DNA from: Bugula neritina
Lineage: Eukaryota; Animalia; Bryozoa
DNA length: 64,000 bases
Direction of reading: 5' to 3'
Assembly: GCA_964035545.1 (NCBI GenBank)
Contig: OZ037765.1
Coordinates: 21,451,504 to 21,515,503 of the forward strand
This document shows positions 13,701-26,777 of the stretch, piece by piece. Each line of letters opens with the position of its first letter. The stretch's first letter is position 1. Below the pieces are notes generated by a model. That model ran no database searches, was not told the DNA's origin, and saw only the letters and a list, made by a program, of their open reading frames with translations. The translations under genes were made by a program, and so were the position numbers.

Positions 13701-16700
13701 ATAGCCGCAGTAAAATAACGTTGTAGCGGAAATTGTAGTACGGATATTAACAACATAGCAGCATAAGTAGCTGGAGTAATACAAGCAATAGTAACTCAAC
13801 CTACCATTAACAGCTGCTAAAATATGATGTCTTTGTTGAGAAACAAGAGCCTTCAGGTGATTGTCAGGCTTTGGTAACTTTGCTAATTGAGAATTTTTAG
13901 AAGCATCAGGAGGAGAGGAACTCTTAGTTTCTCGCAATTTAGGCACAGCTGGACTCAAGAATACGTCATCACTGCTACGGTGAGCTTTTAAAATTAAGTC
14001 TACAAAATATCATTCTATTGAAAGAACGACAATATTGCAAGTCAGAATAGCTAATTAGTTACAAGCACCTACATTTTTGACAAATCACAAGTATTTATAT
14101 TTTGCAATCTCTTTAGAGTAGATGCAAGACAAAATGGTTGTTGCCACTAACAGAGGTCAACTCTGATTCACAACCTGTTATACAAGACTTGACAGCGTAG
14201 GTAACACTGTAAGCAAGCAATTTGGCAACGCAAGTTAAATTTCTATGCACACTAGTGCATTTAGGAGCATCATTGGAGAAATTGAGACAGCCTAAATTCA
14301 TTATTTTATTGTTAAATTTTGGTTTGGGGCGCAGATTAAAATTCTCGAGAGAGCATAACTTCTTATGTTACATTTCTAATCTAGAATACAGACTTTTCTC
14401 ATTTTCTCCATTACTGCACCTACCTCCACTAGTGGATCACCCACCTTGAGATCCAGAGGATGTACCAGAGGAGTGACTACCGCTGTCGGCCAGGTAGCCA
14501 GATGACTGTGATGAGCTGCTAGGAGACAGATCCCCTGCTGACTCTGAGTGGATTATGGCTCCATTAGCATCGCAGTAAACGATTTTACAATATGCGTATG
14601 CGTACTTAAGCACTTTTCCATTAGGCAACACCTTTGTCTGCAGAAAGCATTACATTAGATCATTGCTTCTGTAAAAAGGCTAGTAGAAAAAATAAGATAA
14701 TATTTTGACACTTTTGAAACAAGAACAATTACAATTATAACTTTTAGTATTAATACTTGAACATCAAGATGAGGCATACTTTGACACTTTTTGACGAATC
14801 TCTATCTTGACTACTGGACGAATCTAAAGCCAAAAATAAAAATTAGTATTGCATAACAACTGTGGCCTATCATATATAGTCTTAGCAGCTCACAAGAAAA
14901 CTCAACAGAAAGCTAGCAAGTCATGAATTACGACACAAGTTGGGAATTAACTTTGGAAATTTGTATTACATACTGCTACATTATTGGTAATGTAATAATA
15001 TGGAGTAGCTCTGATGATAGAATTTCTTTATTATGCATAAAATATGATAATAATATACAGAGTACAAACTATTGTATGCAGTGCACTGTCAGTGGTAATG
15101 ATGAACATATTGGTTAGTTATGATGCCATACTGAATGACACCATATGACACAAACAAAGGCTATAAAATAATGTCTGTAAATCTCTATATATAGATGCTA
15201 CTTTTAAGATACATGTGCATTTACCTTGGCTTTGGGACTCTAAAGTAAGCCTAGCTCTTTTCTTTGGTGGCAATATCTGGTCAAATAGAATGTAAGAGTT
15301 AATTCAAACAATACAAATAACTGTGCTGCAGCTGATTCTATAGTACTTTATACTGATTAGGAATTCTATATCATGTGTTATACAATGAGCAAATTCACCT
15401 GTGAATGCCCTTCCTGGGAATTACTATCAGACCCGTAACTACCTGCAATACAAGTGAGAATAGTGGCCAGTAGCCTTGACTGGCAAATATTAAATGCTAG
15501 ATGCAACACAGCATCACACAAGAAATGGATTATTGAAGTCATCAACTAAATAAGTAAAAATCATGTCAGTTGGAACCTTTGAGTAATGAATGTAAAGCAT
15601 TAAAGACTTTAAATGAACAAAAATGCCGGCACATACCTACCAAGAAAACTCTTAAAAATTTTACTCTTGTAATGTCATGTTTTCTCAACCAATTCAACTC
15701 TCAGATGCCCGATGACCAGGTCATAACATGATTTACTAACTAATTCTTCAATATCACTTTTTACTCAATAAGTTTTGGAAGTGAGAATGATTGAGGTACA
15801 AGTTAGGTTGTGTGTGTCCGTGTGTTCGAGTATGACCTAAACTACTAGTAATGCATTGGCAAAGCCTTATAGGATTTAGAAAGTTAAACCATTTTTACAA
15901 ACAGCTGTAGAATGTAGATAACAGCAACACATTTCATCAATTGAAATGAAAAATAAGTACCTTTGTCGCCATGGGGTCGACATTCAGGTGGGCTTTCAAA
16001 AAGTAGTTGTGAATTGGGAGTCAAGATGACTGTTTCCTGACTATCGCCATTTTTCTCCCTGAGACAAATATATAGAATAGCAGAAAAATAACAAAGCTAT
16101 GCCCATGGAGAGCGACAAATCCAAACAAAGGAAAACTCAGTGTTGAAGAGCTGCACGCACGAATTTCATTATTATGGACTGTTTAGAAAACTGGGTATCC
16201 CATGATAAAAATGATCTCATTTTGAAATCTCACTTGAAATTCACAATAATTCATGATTGAAGTAACTAAACTGAAACCCGTAAAGTGGGATGTTAAATAG
16301 TACTCAGTCCATTGGATCAACCATTGCAAGAGCTTTCAGCAAGAGATCCAAACAAAACAGCACTAGTTTGTTTTTAAACTTTACTAGTGGTCCTAAGGAA
16401 GTATGCTGCATATGGCAAGACTTTTCAGTAGCAAGAAAGTTGTACTAAAAGGCTGAGTTTCCTTAACTTTAAGGTGAAATAGATAGCATACCTCTCATAG
16501 GGAGATGAGGTTTTCAAGCCGACAAAGCTAGCTTGATCTACAAAAACATAACACATTTAGTATTGTATTTTAACTTAGTGTGTTGTGTAATAGAAAAATA
16601 TAGTCTATAATGTAGAAAAACAAAAAAAGATTTCAAATAAGGTACAATTTCACTTTGAATGCAATGCATTCATAAGAACATTTAGTCTCCTACAAAAAAT

Positions 16701-17341
16701 TCTGAGGCACACATCTTTCCTTTAGGTAGACAGAATAAATCTTAAGATTTTTCTTAATATAAATGGTTATTACAGGAAAAAACTATTTTCAGATATCCAA
16801 ATTATGTATGCATTTGGTCTGCAACACAAAAAATAAATCAGTAAATACAAGCAGTATTAGCTGCCAGAACATAGGTTCTCAAATAGAAAGAAACTGTAGT
16901 CCAAAGAAGTGTTCATTAATTCTATTGGTAACCTGTACAAGCTGTGAGCCAACTGTGAAACTGTTCTTATACAATAAGATTTGCTGCAAATTAGTTAACT
17001 TTCTACCCTTGTGTGAAGCTATGAAAAATCATATTATTGATGCATAGCTTCATGCAAAACTATACAATACAATGGCATATTACAAGGGAGAATGTGAGCC
17101 TCGGAAATACTTGAGAAAAAAAATTAAAATTCACTAAACTGCAACTCACCAGCTGAAAGTGACAATTGTGTTGCATATCCTGCTTCGGGATTTTGGCATT
17201 CTCCGGAAGACAAGCAAGCCTATTGAAGGAAAGCAAGTTGTGTAATTTGCATAGCAGGTTTTTGCACAATCAACATTCAATCTATTAACTTATTTCGATG
17301 AGGAAAAAAACACCTACTTGGCTGTCAATTGGCTGACTCAT
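7720..17341 (-). CDS. TP53BP1: 53BP1 homolog (SQ-rich N-terminus, oligomerisation region, tandem Tudor, tandem BRCT); multi-exon, start codon uncertain
   Basis: N-terminal 'MSQPIDSQ', 'DSQE', 'SNSQE' and 'ESQSQ'; oligomerisation-region-like 'CKIVYCDANG..SSQSSGYLAD' (14444-14638); Tudor 'VLGRWPADGHYYFGRV..WQVVFDDNN' (~11657-12265); BRCT1 'FQRTVKYLQCLAANVLPVSYHWVRQC..ILPAG' (~8326-8530); BRCT2 'AIPLASPEWAIQRLITG' with stop at 7720. The exon at 17318-17364 is open upstream of the ATG, so the CDS may begin in an earlier exon (~18100). Confidence 0.9.
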
Positions 17342-17642
17342 CCTTTTACTAAAATTTGGGTAACCTGAAAGACAAAATATAGAGTCCTGTTAAGATAAGG
17401 CCTTGTTCTGCAACATTAATGAAAAATTGTCTATTTTCATTCTTTTCCTACTTTTTACTATTTTTTTTGTATTTAGATTTAGGCACCTGCATTTATAATT
17501 AATGGCTTTTCACAACTTTTGAACCAGTTTTAACAGTTTCAATAATTTTAGTTATTCCTCTCTCTCCCTCAAATGTTATTTTAATAAGGAATGATCATTT
17601 AATTAGCACGTTACAAGAAGTTATACAATACACTTACACTTA

Positions 17643-17817
17643 GGGCACTTTCGGATTCCCTACGCGTAGGGGTAACTGTAGGCCCTACGCGATGCATTCG
17701 ATAGCCAACGCGTACCCCATCGAAAAAGAAGCTCATCGAGGGGTACCCGACAGAGAGAAAGTGAGCAAATTCATCGATGAGCCCAGTAGGCTACGCGTAG
17801 GGAATCCGAAAGCGCCC
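17643..17817. mobile_element. PIF/Harbinger (Tourist-like) MITE, 175 bp
   Basis: 27-bp TIRs GGGC(A/G)CTTTCGGATTCCCTACGCGTAG with one mismatch, and an exact 3-bp TTA target-site duplication (17640-17642, 17818-17820). It is CpG-rich relative to its flanks. Confidence 0.9.
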
Positions 17818-18839
17818 TTAATCTTAAGCTTAATCCCACAGCTTCAAGTATACTAAAATATACTGATACAATGTAATATACTAAAATATTATTTTAAACA
17901 TTTCACTTTATAAGCATAATGGTTAAGATGGATGTGAGTATATATTTATCATATTTATGTTAATACTACTTTATTAATGTTTGTTAATTTAGACAAAGTC
18001 CGTAACAGTGTAATAAATTTTATTTACATTTCATTTCTAAAGTTTATAGCCATATTAACATGCAAGACCATAATAAAAACTAGATTTTCAAATACCAAGC
18101 ATTAGCAAAAGCCAAAGTGAAAGTTTGCCACCAAAAGGTATCATCAGAGCTGAGTAAAAGTAATACATTAAGTCTAATAGCAAGTCAAATCAATCGTTGA
18201 TTAAGTCAAGCCATTGCCAGACAAAATATTGTAATGGATTTTAATCGTTGTCGTCATCATGTTCTGAAAGTTCTAGTAATTATACCCGCCATTATTATAA
18301 TTGACTTGGCATAACTTTTGAATGCCGCCAAATGTTGTAATTATAGCTAAGCTCTTAGCGTAATGATTGTGAATTGCGTTTCCTATCTTAGTTTGTTTAT
18401 AAAATACTGTAATAGTTTTTGTTGAGTTATTTCCCCTTCCTCCCCCTTTTCTTATTTTTTTGTAAGTAGATTATGGTATTTGGAGCCGATTTTCGGCAGT
18501 TTCAGAGTTCTGGACATGCGATTTTCCGATGTGAGTCCAGAGCTCCAAATTTTGACTGAATGTCGGACCTACTCAGAGGCAGGAAAATTTACTAGTATAT
18601 AAGTGGGCGAGTTTCCAGTGTTAATTCAGTCTACCACTGGAGCTCTACCTATGCACATCTAAAGAATGATAACGGAATCTTTTATTTGAACTTCAAGAAG
18701 ACTTTTATTTTCACAATAGTAATAAGGCATGCAGATTGCTTAATTTATTTCATAAATAACCCACAAGTTACTACAATATGTAGTGATGTTAAGTCAAGTT
18801 AGTAATCCTAGGAAATTGTCAGTAGTAGAGGCAATTCAA

Positions 18840-19288
18840 GTGTTTCATCCCACTTGGACGCTTTCCAGCTACACGCTATTTTTTATTTTGGTACCGTTAC
18901 ATATAGGAATACACCTATAATATATACCTATATAAATGTTGCATTGGTTGCTAAATAACTATAGCTAATATAAATTATCTGGGATAATGTTCCAATTTTC
19001 AAGGATTTGTGTAGTACAAAAAAGCAGTAATATATTAATAATAGACATCTTTAATGAGTACTTAGTAACGAAATATCTTTTCAAACAACAAGAAGTATAG
19101 AAAATGTAAAATTAATAAGTTAATGCAGATTAAAGCAATTTATTTATGTGCTAAATAACAAGCAATTGATCCAAGTTTATTTAAATATGCATATATTTCA
19201 ATAGTATTCAAATAAATTGCACATAGAATATGTATTGTACCAAAACAAATAGCGTCTAACTGGGAAGCTTCCATGTAGGAAGACACCA
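18840..19288. mobile_element. Old, degenerate MITE-like inverted repeat
   Basis: 18840-18905 (GTGTTTCATCCCACTTGGACGCTTTCCAGCTACACGCTATT..TTTTGGTAC) resembles the reverse complement of ~19228-19288 (GTGTCTTCCTACATGGAAGCTTCCCAGTTAGACGCTATTTGTTTTGGTAC). No target-site duplication could be resolved. Confidence 0.5.
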
Positions 19289-19540
19289 ATTCAAGCATTA
19301 AAATGACTTGAGCCCATACTTGGGTAGCGTCATTTACTTTTAGTGGTAAATGTGTCAGTGTGTATAAGTATAACATTGTGATTAACAATACCATTAAGTT
19401 TAACTATATCAGTATTAGTATATGATAATAACTATAAGCGACTATATGTGTAGTACTAGTATCTCAATCTGTATGCATGTGTGTATTTAACTATATCATA
19501 TTCATAATGATAATCAATATGAGTATAATAATAGTTATAG

Positions 19541-19905
19541 TGGTGGGACACATCCACTGAATACTTAAAGCACGACATTGAAATGGTCCAAAATGGTGCC
19601 GTTAGATTCATATCCAAAATCAAAGGAAGAGATAGTGTAACTGCGGCACGAGAAGAGCTATGATTAGAAACACTAGCAACTAGAAGAATGAACACGAGGC
19701 ATACTCTTCTCATACCCTTGTTATCCAAAGAGGAAAATCACAAATCGCTCATGTGCACATATGATGAACTTATGAAGCAAAGCTCTGAAAGTATGACAGT
19801 CGCCAGAGCAACATCTCGCGGTGTACCCCCACAATCTATGCAAAATAAATCCACTTATTACAATAGCTTTTTACCAAAGACAGTACAGAACTTAAATCTA
19901 AACTT
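19541..19905 (+). mobile_element. 3' fragment of a non-LTR retrotransposon ORF2 (CR1/L2-like), degenerate
   Basis: Translates as 'WDTSTEYLKHDIEMVQNGAVRFISKIKGRDSVTAAREEL*LETLATRR..YYNSFLPKTVQ'. This matches the post-RT LINE motifs WDP..IExVQxxAxRF..SVT..LxxRR..SFFPRT and contains an in-frame stop. Confidence 0.8.
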
Positions 19906-20229
19906 TCTATACAGTAAAAGTGATCTACATTTATATGTAATGATGTGCCCACTAGTCATTTGACAACTAATTGACATGTACGAGCTAACCAAAGACTGCA
20001 ACCTATTGAGGAGCACCACTTGCTATATGCTCTAGTGCTTTCTAAAGAAGAAGAGGTAAGAGAGGCGATGCCTCACTGATGGGAACACATATTATGTTTA
20101 AACATAGGGGTTTAACTTTAGAATTATAGTAAAATTGAGCAATTATTTATTTTATATAATAATATTAATTATTAATATGAATTATAATACTAAAAATAAA
20201 TAAAATTATCCAGTAGTAGCAGTAGTAGC

Positions 20230-20260
<31 letters not shown>

Positions 20261-20627
20261 CTATTACTACTAATAGTAATAGTAATACTACTACTAGTAG
20301 TCTAGTAAGTGTAACTGTAAGTAGTTATACTTATCTAATTGTTATTCACTTATAGTTATTGTTATACTAATACTTAGTCTTACATTTTAAGTTTAACTTA
20401 ATGATAATCGTATACTATTACTATTAATGTATTACTTGCTTGACTTACTTGAAAATGCAATCACGTTAGACCACTAAATTACTATTAGTGTAAGCGAAGT
20501 GCCTCGTTTGGTGAACAGAATTGTTAGATGTAGTTTATACTTTCATCACATAGGTGCAGTTCTGTTTTAAGACTTTGGTGTCAGTACAGGGCCTTGTGAG
20601 GCGTGTCTGTGAGCAGCATTTGATGTT

Positions 20628-20925
20628 ATATTCATATCACGTATCGTTCTGAATAGGAAGCTGTTATGAAATAGTGAGGTGTTGGTCCTGCAAGTGGTGG
20701 GCATGACATTTGACTGGAACCTGGTGGTAGCTGATGTAGTGTTCATACGATTTTGAGAGTGAAGGATGATATTCCTCTTTGGCCAGGATCCGCATCAAGA
20801 TACTAAGTCGTAGGTCTTTGCGCCTGTTTTGCAGGGGGGTTAATTCAAGCCTAGATCTTGCCTCATCTGAGCCACCCCTGCCACAAATCTCACAGCCTGC
20901 TCTTGCACTTGCTCGATGTCTACTG
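20628..20925 (-). mobile_element. Second 3' fragment of a related LINE family, opposite orientation
   Basis: The reverse strand gives 'DIEQVQEQAVRFVAG..LQNRRKDLRLSILMRILAKEEYHPSL..FHNSFLFRTIRDM', with frameshifts. Confidence 0.75.
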
Positions 20926-22023
20926 CAGCCTTAGTATTACTAATATAGCAATACTAGTACTAGTACTAGTAGTAATACTTATACTTGTAACTTATAGTTA
21001 TACGACTAACACAGTAACAGTAAGTGATTAACAGTAACACTAACAGCCAACAGGTAATAGTAATACAAAGTTTAGCACCATGACCAACAGTAACTCTAAG
21101 ACTAAGAGTAAGAGTAACTTTAAGTACTAACGTTTAACAGTGACTGAACTTCAAGTACCCGTGATCACTGATTATCATTGTGATACTGATTCAATAAACT
21201 ATAACGCTCCAAATTATTATTCCTAATAAAGCAACACTAATATTAATACTAACAGACACCAAAATGTAGTTTACAGAGATTCACCTCACCATGCCATGTG
21301 TTGCGATTGAAACCTAAAAACAATTCGCACGTGCTGAATTCAAGATTGTTGAGCGCGCGTTGCAACTATCGCTCAAAGGGTTAAAGGGCAAATATACTTG
21401 CATCACTTCGTCTCTGTTCGGAAGTCGCACCAGGACGCACACAACAAATGTACAATGAACCTTTCGTCTCTGCGGAGCAGAAAAATAATATTTGCAGAAC
21501 AATCATAGTTATTGAAGTGGCAAATAACTATCACGAACGCACCACAAATAGCATTTTTTATTTAAAAAAAGTTCTTAATTTTGACTGTAATTGCAAAGCT
21601 CAGCCACAAATATTGTTTACATAACACTTGTACATCATTTTTAAAATTTGTAAATGGAAGCCAATAATAAAAGCAGTTTAGTATTATTGGCCAGATTAGC
21701 AACACCTTCTTAATATTTGGCATTAAAAATATTGCTTGTACTTTCTATCTCATTAAAAAGAAAACTAGTTAATCTCACAATCAAAATGATTTAATGAGAA
21801 TAGGTAAGTTTAGTGGCTAGAAATAAGTGTCTAGAATCTAGATGGTTATGTACAGATTAAGGATTTAAATAAAATTAACCAAAGTTTCAACTTGAAGAAG
21901 TGAAATGTCCAATACAATTTAATGACTAGATATCATGTTCTTCATTTGAAAATGAAGTTCAAACTATCACAGATTCACAGGAAAATTTAAACAAGATGAG
22001 AATGCTGAAAATTATGTATGAAA

Positions 22024-25000
22024 CTAAAGCTGTGTAGTTTCATTTATATCGTCCATGCTTTCCGTACTTGGCACAGATTGATAGTCTTGTTTACTTTTAC
22101 TCTTTTTAAATACTTTTCCAGCTAATCCAATGACTGCATCACGAATAGGCAGTTTAAATTGAGAAGATGGTGCTCTAGAAACTGAAGGTAAAGCCTCATC
22201 AGTAATTTCATCTATGTCAGCGATCGGTCGAATATTTCGCATCTGTATAGTTCTTCTTCTTGCTCCTTGAACACTGATAAAACAATGAGAAATAAACACT
22301 TTTCATTTTCAGAGCAAACTAGTTCTGTCTCACCTAGATTGATATATTATATATAATGATATAAAATAAATTTAATGCCACCTGAGCTATTTCAAATAGC
22401 ACACTATGATAACTTATTATTATATTAATCGCCAAGTGAACTTGGATAAAAGCAAGAGGTGAATATTTTTGATCAACACAATATAGAACTAATGTCATTA
22501 CATTATTAGTTGTATTAGTTTGATGGTTTTCAGTTGTTTTACACTAGAAACATGTAGTATTTCACTTATAAGCCCAATGTGTTGAAAAGAGACATTTGGC
22601 AAAACTTGACAAAACTTTTTAGTGCCCTTACAACTTAGACTAACCTCATACTAAAAAAGGCAACAGCTTATATATTTCTCCGGTTTAGGTGCCTACAGTT
22701 GGACCATTATAATGATGCAAAAAACTGTATATTATGTTCTTTTAGTATTAATGAAAAGCGATAATTACAAAGGCATTACATAAAATACTTACACATTGGT
22801 CATTTCAGTAATAATTAGAACCATTCGATCATAATCTGCTTTTCCAAATGGCTACAACACAAAATCAAAGTCATTACTTATTGCAGCTTAAATGTCAAAG
22901 ACATACAAATCTTTCAATACTTACAGCAAAATTAGAATCCATGTTAACTTACTAAAATTGCTTAAAGCATTAATGCACTAAAGCATGTTGAATTATGACT
23001 TCATAAGAACAGCGCCATATAAATAAGTCAACACAAAAAAACAACCAAATCTATATACTTCCTAAATTGAAATTTTTTTTTCAAAGATTAGGCAGTGACT
23101 TTGAATCATTTGAAATATCACAACACTACTATTGGCAACTAATAATTACAAAAAACCATGACTTTGCATAATCATAAATAGGATACAGAGAGGTGGCATG
23201 TGCAATATGCCATACTATCTAAACATTGGACTTCTCAAATGAATTGGTATTTGTGAAAATTAGAAATATATCATGGTTAGCTATTCCAGTGGCTCTCAAT
23301 ATATTTTTACAGCTCTCCCTATTTTGCCAACTCTTAATACTAAATATTTCCCTCTCTTTATAGCACTGGTATTGCACACATACATGCACACACACACATA
23401 TAAATATAAATAACCTATGAAACAAATCTTAATAACGCCACAATCTGTAAGCTTTCACAGTAAATGTAAAACAAACAAATGTTATGTTATCATTGCTCAT
23501 CCAATAGTGCGCATGATAACAAACCTTTGGTTCATGGCGAGCGTGTCTATAAAGAGAATAGAACTCATCTATACGGGTTTGTTGTAGAGGAAATAAGTGA
23601 ATGTTATTACGAAGAAATACATCAAAGCCTTCTGGAGCATTATAAGAAAAGCTCTTGTCTTTTGCCAGTTTGGTCTCTGTAAGGTTTCCCAATAAAGCAC
23701 GATTATTATATCATATTGAGCAATCAATATATATAACAGCACTACGCTTATGCGATAGTTTTAAAATGGTAATTATGATATTTTAGGAATTATTTGAATC
23801 TAGTGTCATACATAGCATAATTTAGGAAACACATGAAAAAAAACGTAGGTATATGATGAAGTTTAAAAAGCTGGCTGTACGAAAATGTAGGTTTTAATAA
23901 AACAGAAACATACCCCAATGAAATATATTTAAATTTAAGATATTTTAGATTGGCATTTTGGTCTTCTTAGAATTATTGAAAAATATTACATAGCTTTTGA
24001 AGATGCAGTTAGTCACTGCTTTTATAAAATACATTTAGTTGAGCTGTATTCACAACACCTACCAAGAAGTTTACACGCATGTAAAGCCTTCATTCTGTGT
24101 AAATAGGGAATGGATTCTGCAAAAACATACATGTATGTGTTCTTTATTAAACCATAGAAATAATAAAAGCTATTAACAGCATAAAACTTGTATAAATATA
24201 TTATAATGAAAATTCTGAGATACCGACACATATGTAGCACTAACTTTAAAACAGATAGTTAAAAAAGAACATGAATTTTTTTCCTGAAACAAAAACGTTA
24301 CATACATGTATGCACATGCAGATAGATGTTATAATGAATAAAGATAAAAGGCTCACTCCATCCAACAGGTAATAAGAAACTACCAAATCTAAACTTTGTT
24401 TAATATGACCAACAGCATCAAACTAAAAGATTATTGTACCTGTATTAGTAGCTGTAGTAGAATGAGTCATAGCATCCGAATGCAACAATGTAGGCTTGTG
24501 ACCTATATCTACAGTGCGATACAACCTGCGTTTAGCTTCTTCTTTCATTTTCTATAAGTAAGATGCACTCAATTTAAAGTAGTCATTAGTCACTGCATTA
24601 ATTATCATGATGGCACAATATAACACGGAAAACCTATTTAATATGTTTATCAACAGATAGTTCTTTTGTTTAAAGTGAGCTTTTAACTAGAGTTAAGAAT
24701 ATCAGCAATTTATTTAATTTAAAATTAGTATTGCATTAATATTATCCCAATTAACAAGAAACACACTCATGCAATTTATAGCCACCACCCCTGATGGAAG
24801 GGTTTTTCTTATTAAATCGGGCTAAGGACTTATTCAGATGGGACACAGGAGCAATTATGACCGGATGCTCTTTATAGCATCACCAATAGCCTTTGTCGGG
24901 GCTCGAACCCATGACTTCGTGTTTACTAGGCAAACGATCTAACCCCTAGACCACATTAGCCCGATTAACTATGATGTCATTTTTTACCTTGGGTGCATTG

Positions 25001-25557
25001 TAGCATATAGGAGCATGCTGGTCCGTTTTTGATTTCAATGAAAATCGCATTAATTGCCTTTGTATCATGATAATCATTACAGCAACTACCTGAAAAAATA
25101 AAAGTACTTTAAAATTAATCTAAGAGGTTTAGTCAAAACATAGTGAAACAGCAAGAAATTGCCCTGAATTCTACAAAAAACGAGTATGACTATTTAACTT
25201 ATTAAGTTACATTATTGCAATTTTATGCCTATTACTATTAGCATTCGTGTTGCTACTTATTAATCTAAAGCTAATGAACATTATACAAACTAGTGTCCCC
25301 ACACTCAAAAATAAATGAGCTTCTACTTTTAGTATTGGCTATTGCTATCATTCAAAGTAATCAAACATTAATCACAATCATAATTGAAATTCACAATAAA
25401 TATAATCTATAAACAATAACTGAAATGGATTAATGAAGCACATTTCAAATGAAATATTTACCAAAATCCCAATTGCAATAACCAGAATTAGACTGAGACT
25501 CTGTGGCTTGGGTGGCTGCACTGGATTTGACTTACTAGTTACATCATTGACATCCAT
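22024..25557 (-). CDS. C1orf43: NICE-3 family single-pass membrane protein (C1orf43 homolog), multi-exon
   Basis: Exons at about 25557-25462, 25089-24988, 24552-24440, 24117-24063, 23676-23525, 22851-22793 and 22273-22024. They give a TM segment followed by 'QRQLMRFSLKSKTDQHAPICYNAPKKMKEEAKRRL', 'YLHRMKALHA', 'YRHARHEP' and 'FGKADY', matching NICE-3 motifs (KRQIMRF..H.P.GHNAPK; Y.YRMKA). Confidence 0.9.
24780..24963 (-). mobile_element. tRNA-derived SINE in a C1orf43 intron
   Basis: Minus-strand head GTGGTCTAGGGGTTAGATCG..CATGGGTTCGAGCCCC with Pol III A and B boxes, followed by a non-tRNA body (..TCATAATTGCTCCTG..). The body motif recurs at ~62205. Confidence 0.75.
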
Positions 25558-26777
25558 CTTGATCCCGATGTTTCAAGTTCATTCTTCATATAAAAATCAC
25601 AGAAATTTAAAATAAAAATGAGAAATTACAACAGTAAATAAAATTAAATGATACTTTTATTTATGTAATTATTAGAATGATAATCATAAGTTATAAACAT
25701 TAGTTTTATTAACAACAACGGCTTTAAGTTTAACTTGAATTTGAAATTCAAATTCACTGCTGGAAAATTTATTTTACTTAAACTTGAAGTTAAACTTAAT
25801 AAATATAATAATAATATTACTATTACTATTAGTAATTGACTAATTCCCTAATGTAATTGACTTAACGGGGAAATCTCACTATGAGTATGACTAATACTAA
25901 TAGTAATAGTAATAACTTATTAACTATAACTATAACATTAACTATATTACTATAACTATAACTATAAGTATAAGTATAAGATTAAGTATAAGTAATACTA
26001 ATACTAATATTAATAACTAAAGCCACAGTGACAGTACAGTGAATCCAAATTGAAAGCTATTACGAATGATTATATATAAAACAGTAGCTATAACAAATAA
26101 TTATTAAATGTAATAATTTTTTATAGTTACATTATGATTATAGTTATTATAATAATCAGCCATTATATTTAGTTTTACAAGTACAGTAGCCGTAGGACTA
26201 GGGGTATAAGTATAACCATTCCTATCAGTGAACTTCTTGCAAATGCCATTACTGGACTCAACAAACCGCCGGAGTTATCTCTTCTAGGTGCACTTGCACC
26301 CGTTGAAATACAACTCCCATTGGATGCAACTATCAAAATATTATTTTGTAACAGTGGTGATTTAGCAAAATTGTTGGCCATTTGAAAAAGAAGTTCACTT
26401 AAAATAAGATTTGATTGTTTTTTAATCCAAAATTAAGAGAGTCTCGGTAACTAGAATAATTTATTAGCAAAATTAAATTAAAAAGCATATATGTAAAATA
26501 AAATGTTTAATAGTTGCATTAATCCAAATATATTATTATCACAGTTAAGGTAAAGATTAAAAAGTAAAAAGTTTGTCTGTAAATGGACGGCAGTAGAAAA
26601 ATGTGAAAATTGCCATGAAAACAAGAAAAATAGCTTTTGGCATATTTTGTAAATTTTGTAAACTATTACTTGCGATAAAAATTGAAATTTACAAAATAAT
26701 GAATAACAATATAAAGGGGGGCATTTTGGGAAAAAAAATTATATTAAAAATAATATAATATTCCGATATATAGTTTA

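Noticed and set aside
19140-19394. 84-aa ORF as a small gene
   Set aside because: It overlaps one arm of a degenerate inverted repeat and shows no recognisable protein motif.
21291-21313. Micro-exon with ATG as the first coding exon of TP53BP1
   Set aside because: It has splice-like flanks, but neither ATG is in phase with the downstream coding exon; at most it is a 5' UTR exon.
24895-24963. tRNA gene
   Set aside because: It has A and B boxes but no convincing acceptor stem, and it continues into a repeat body also seen at ~62205, so it is treated as a SINE.
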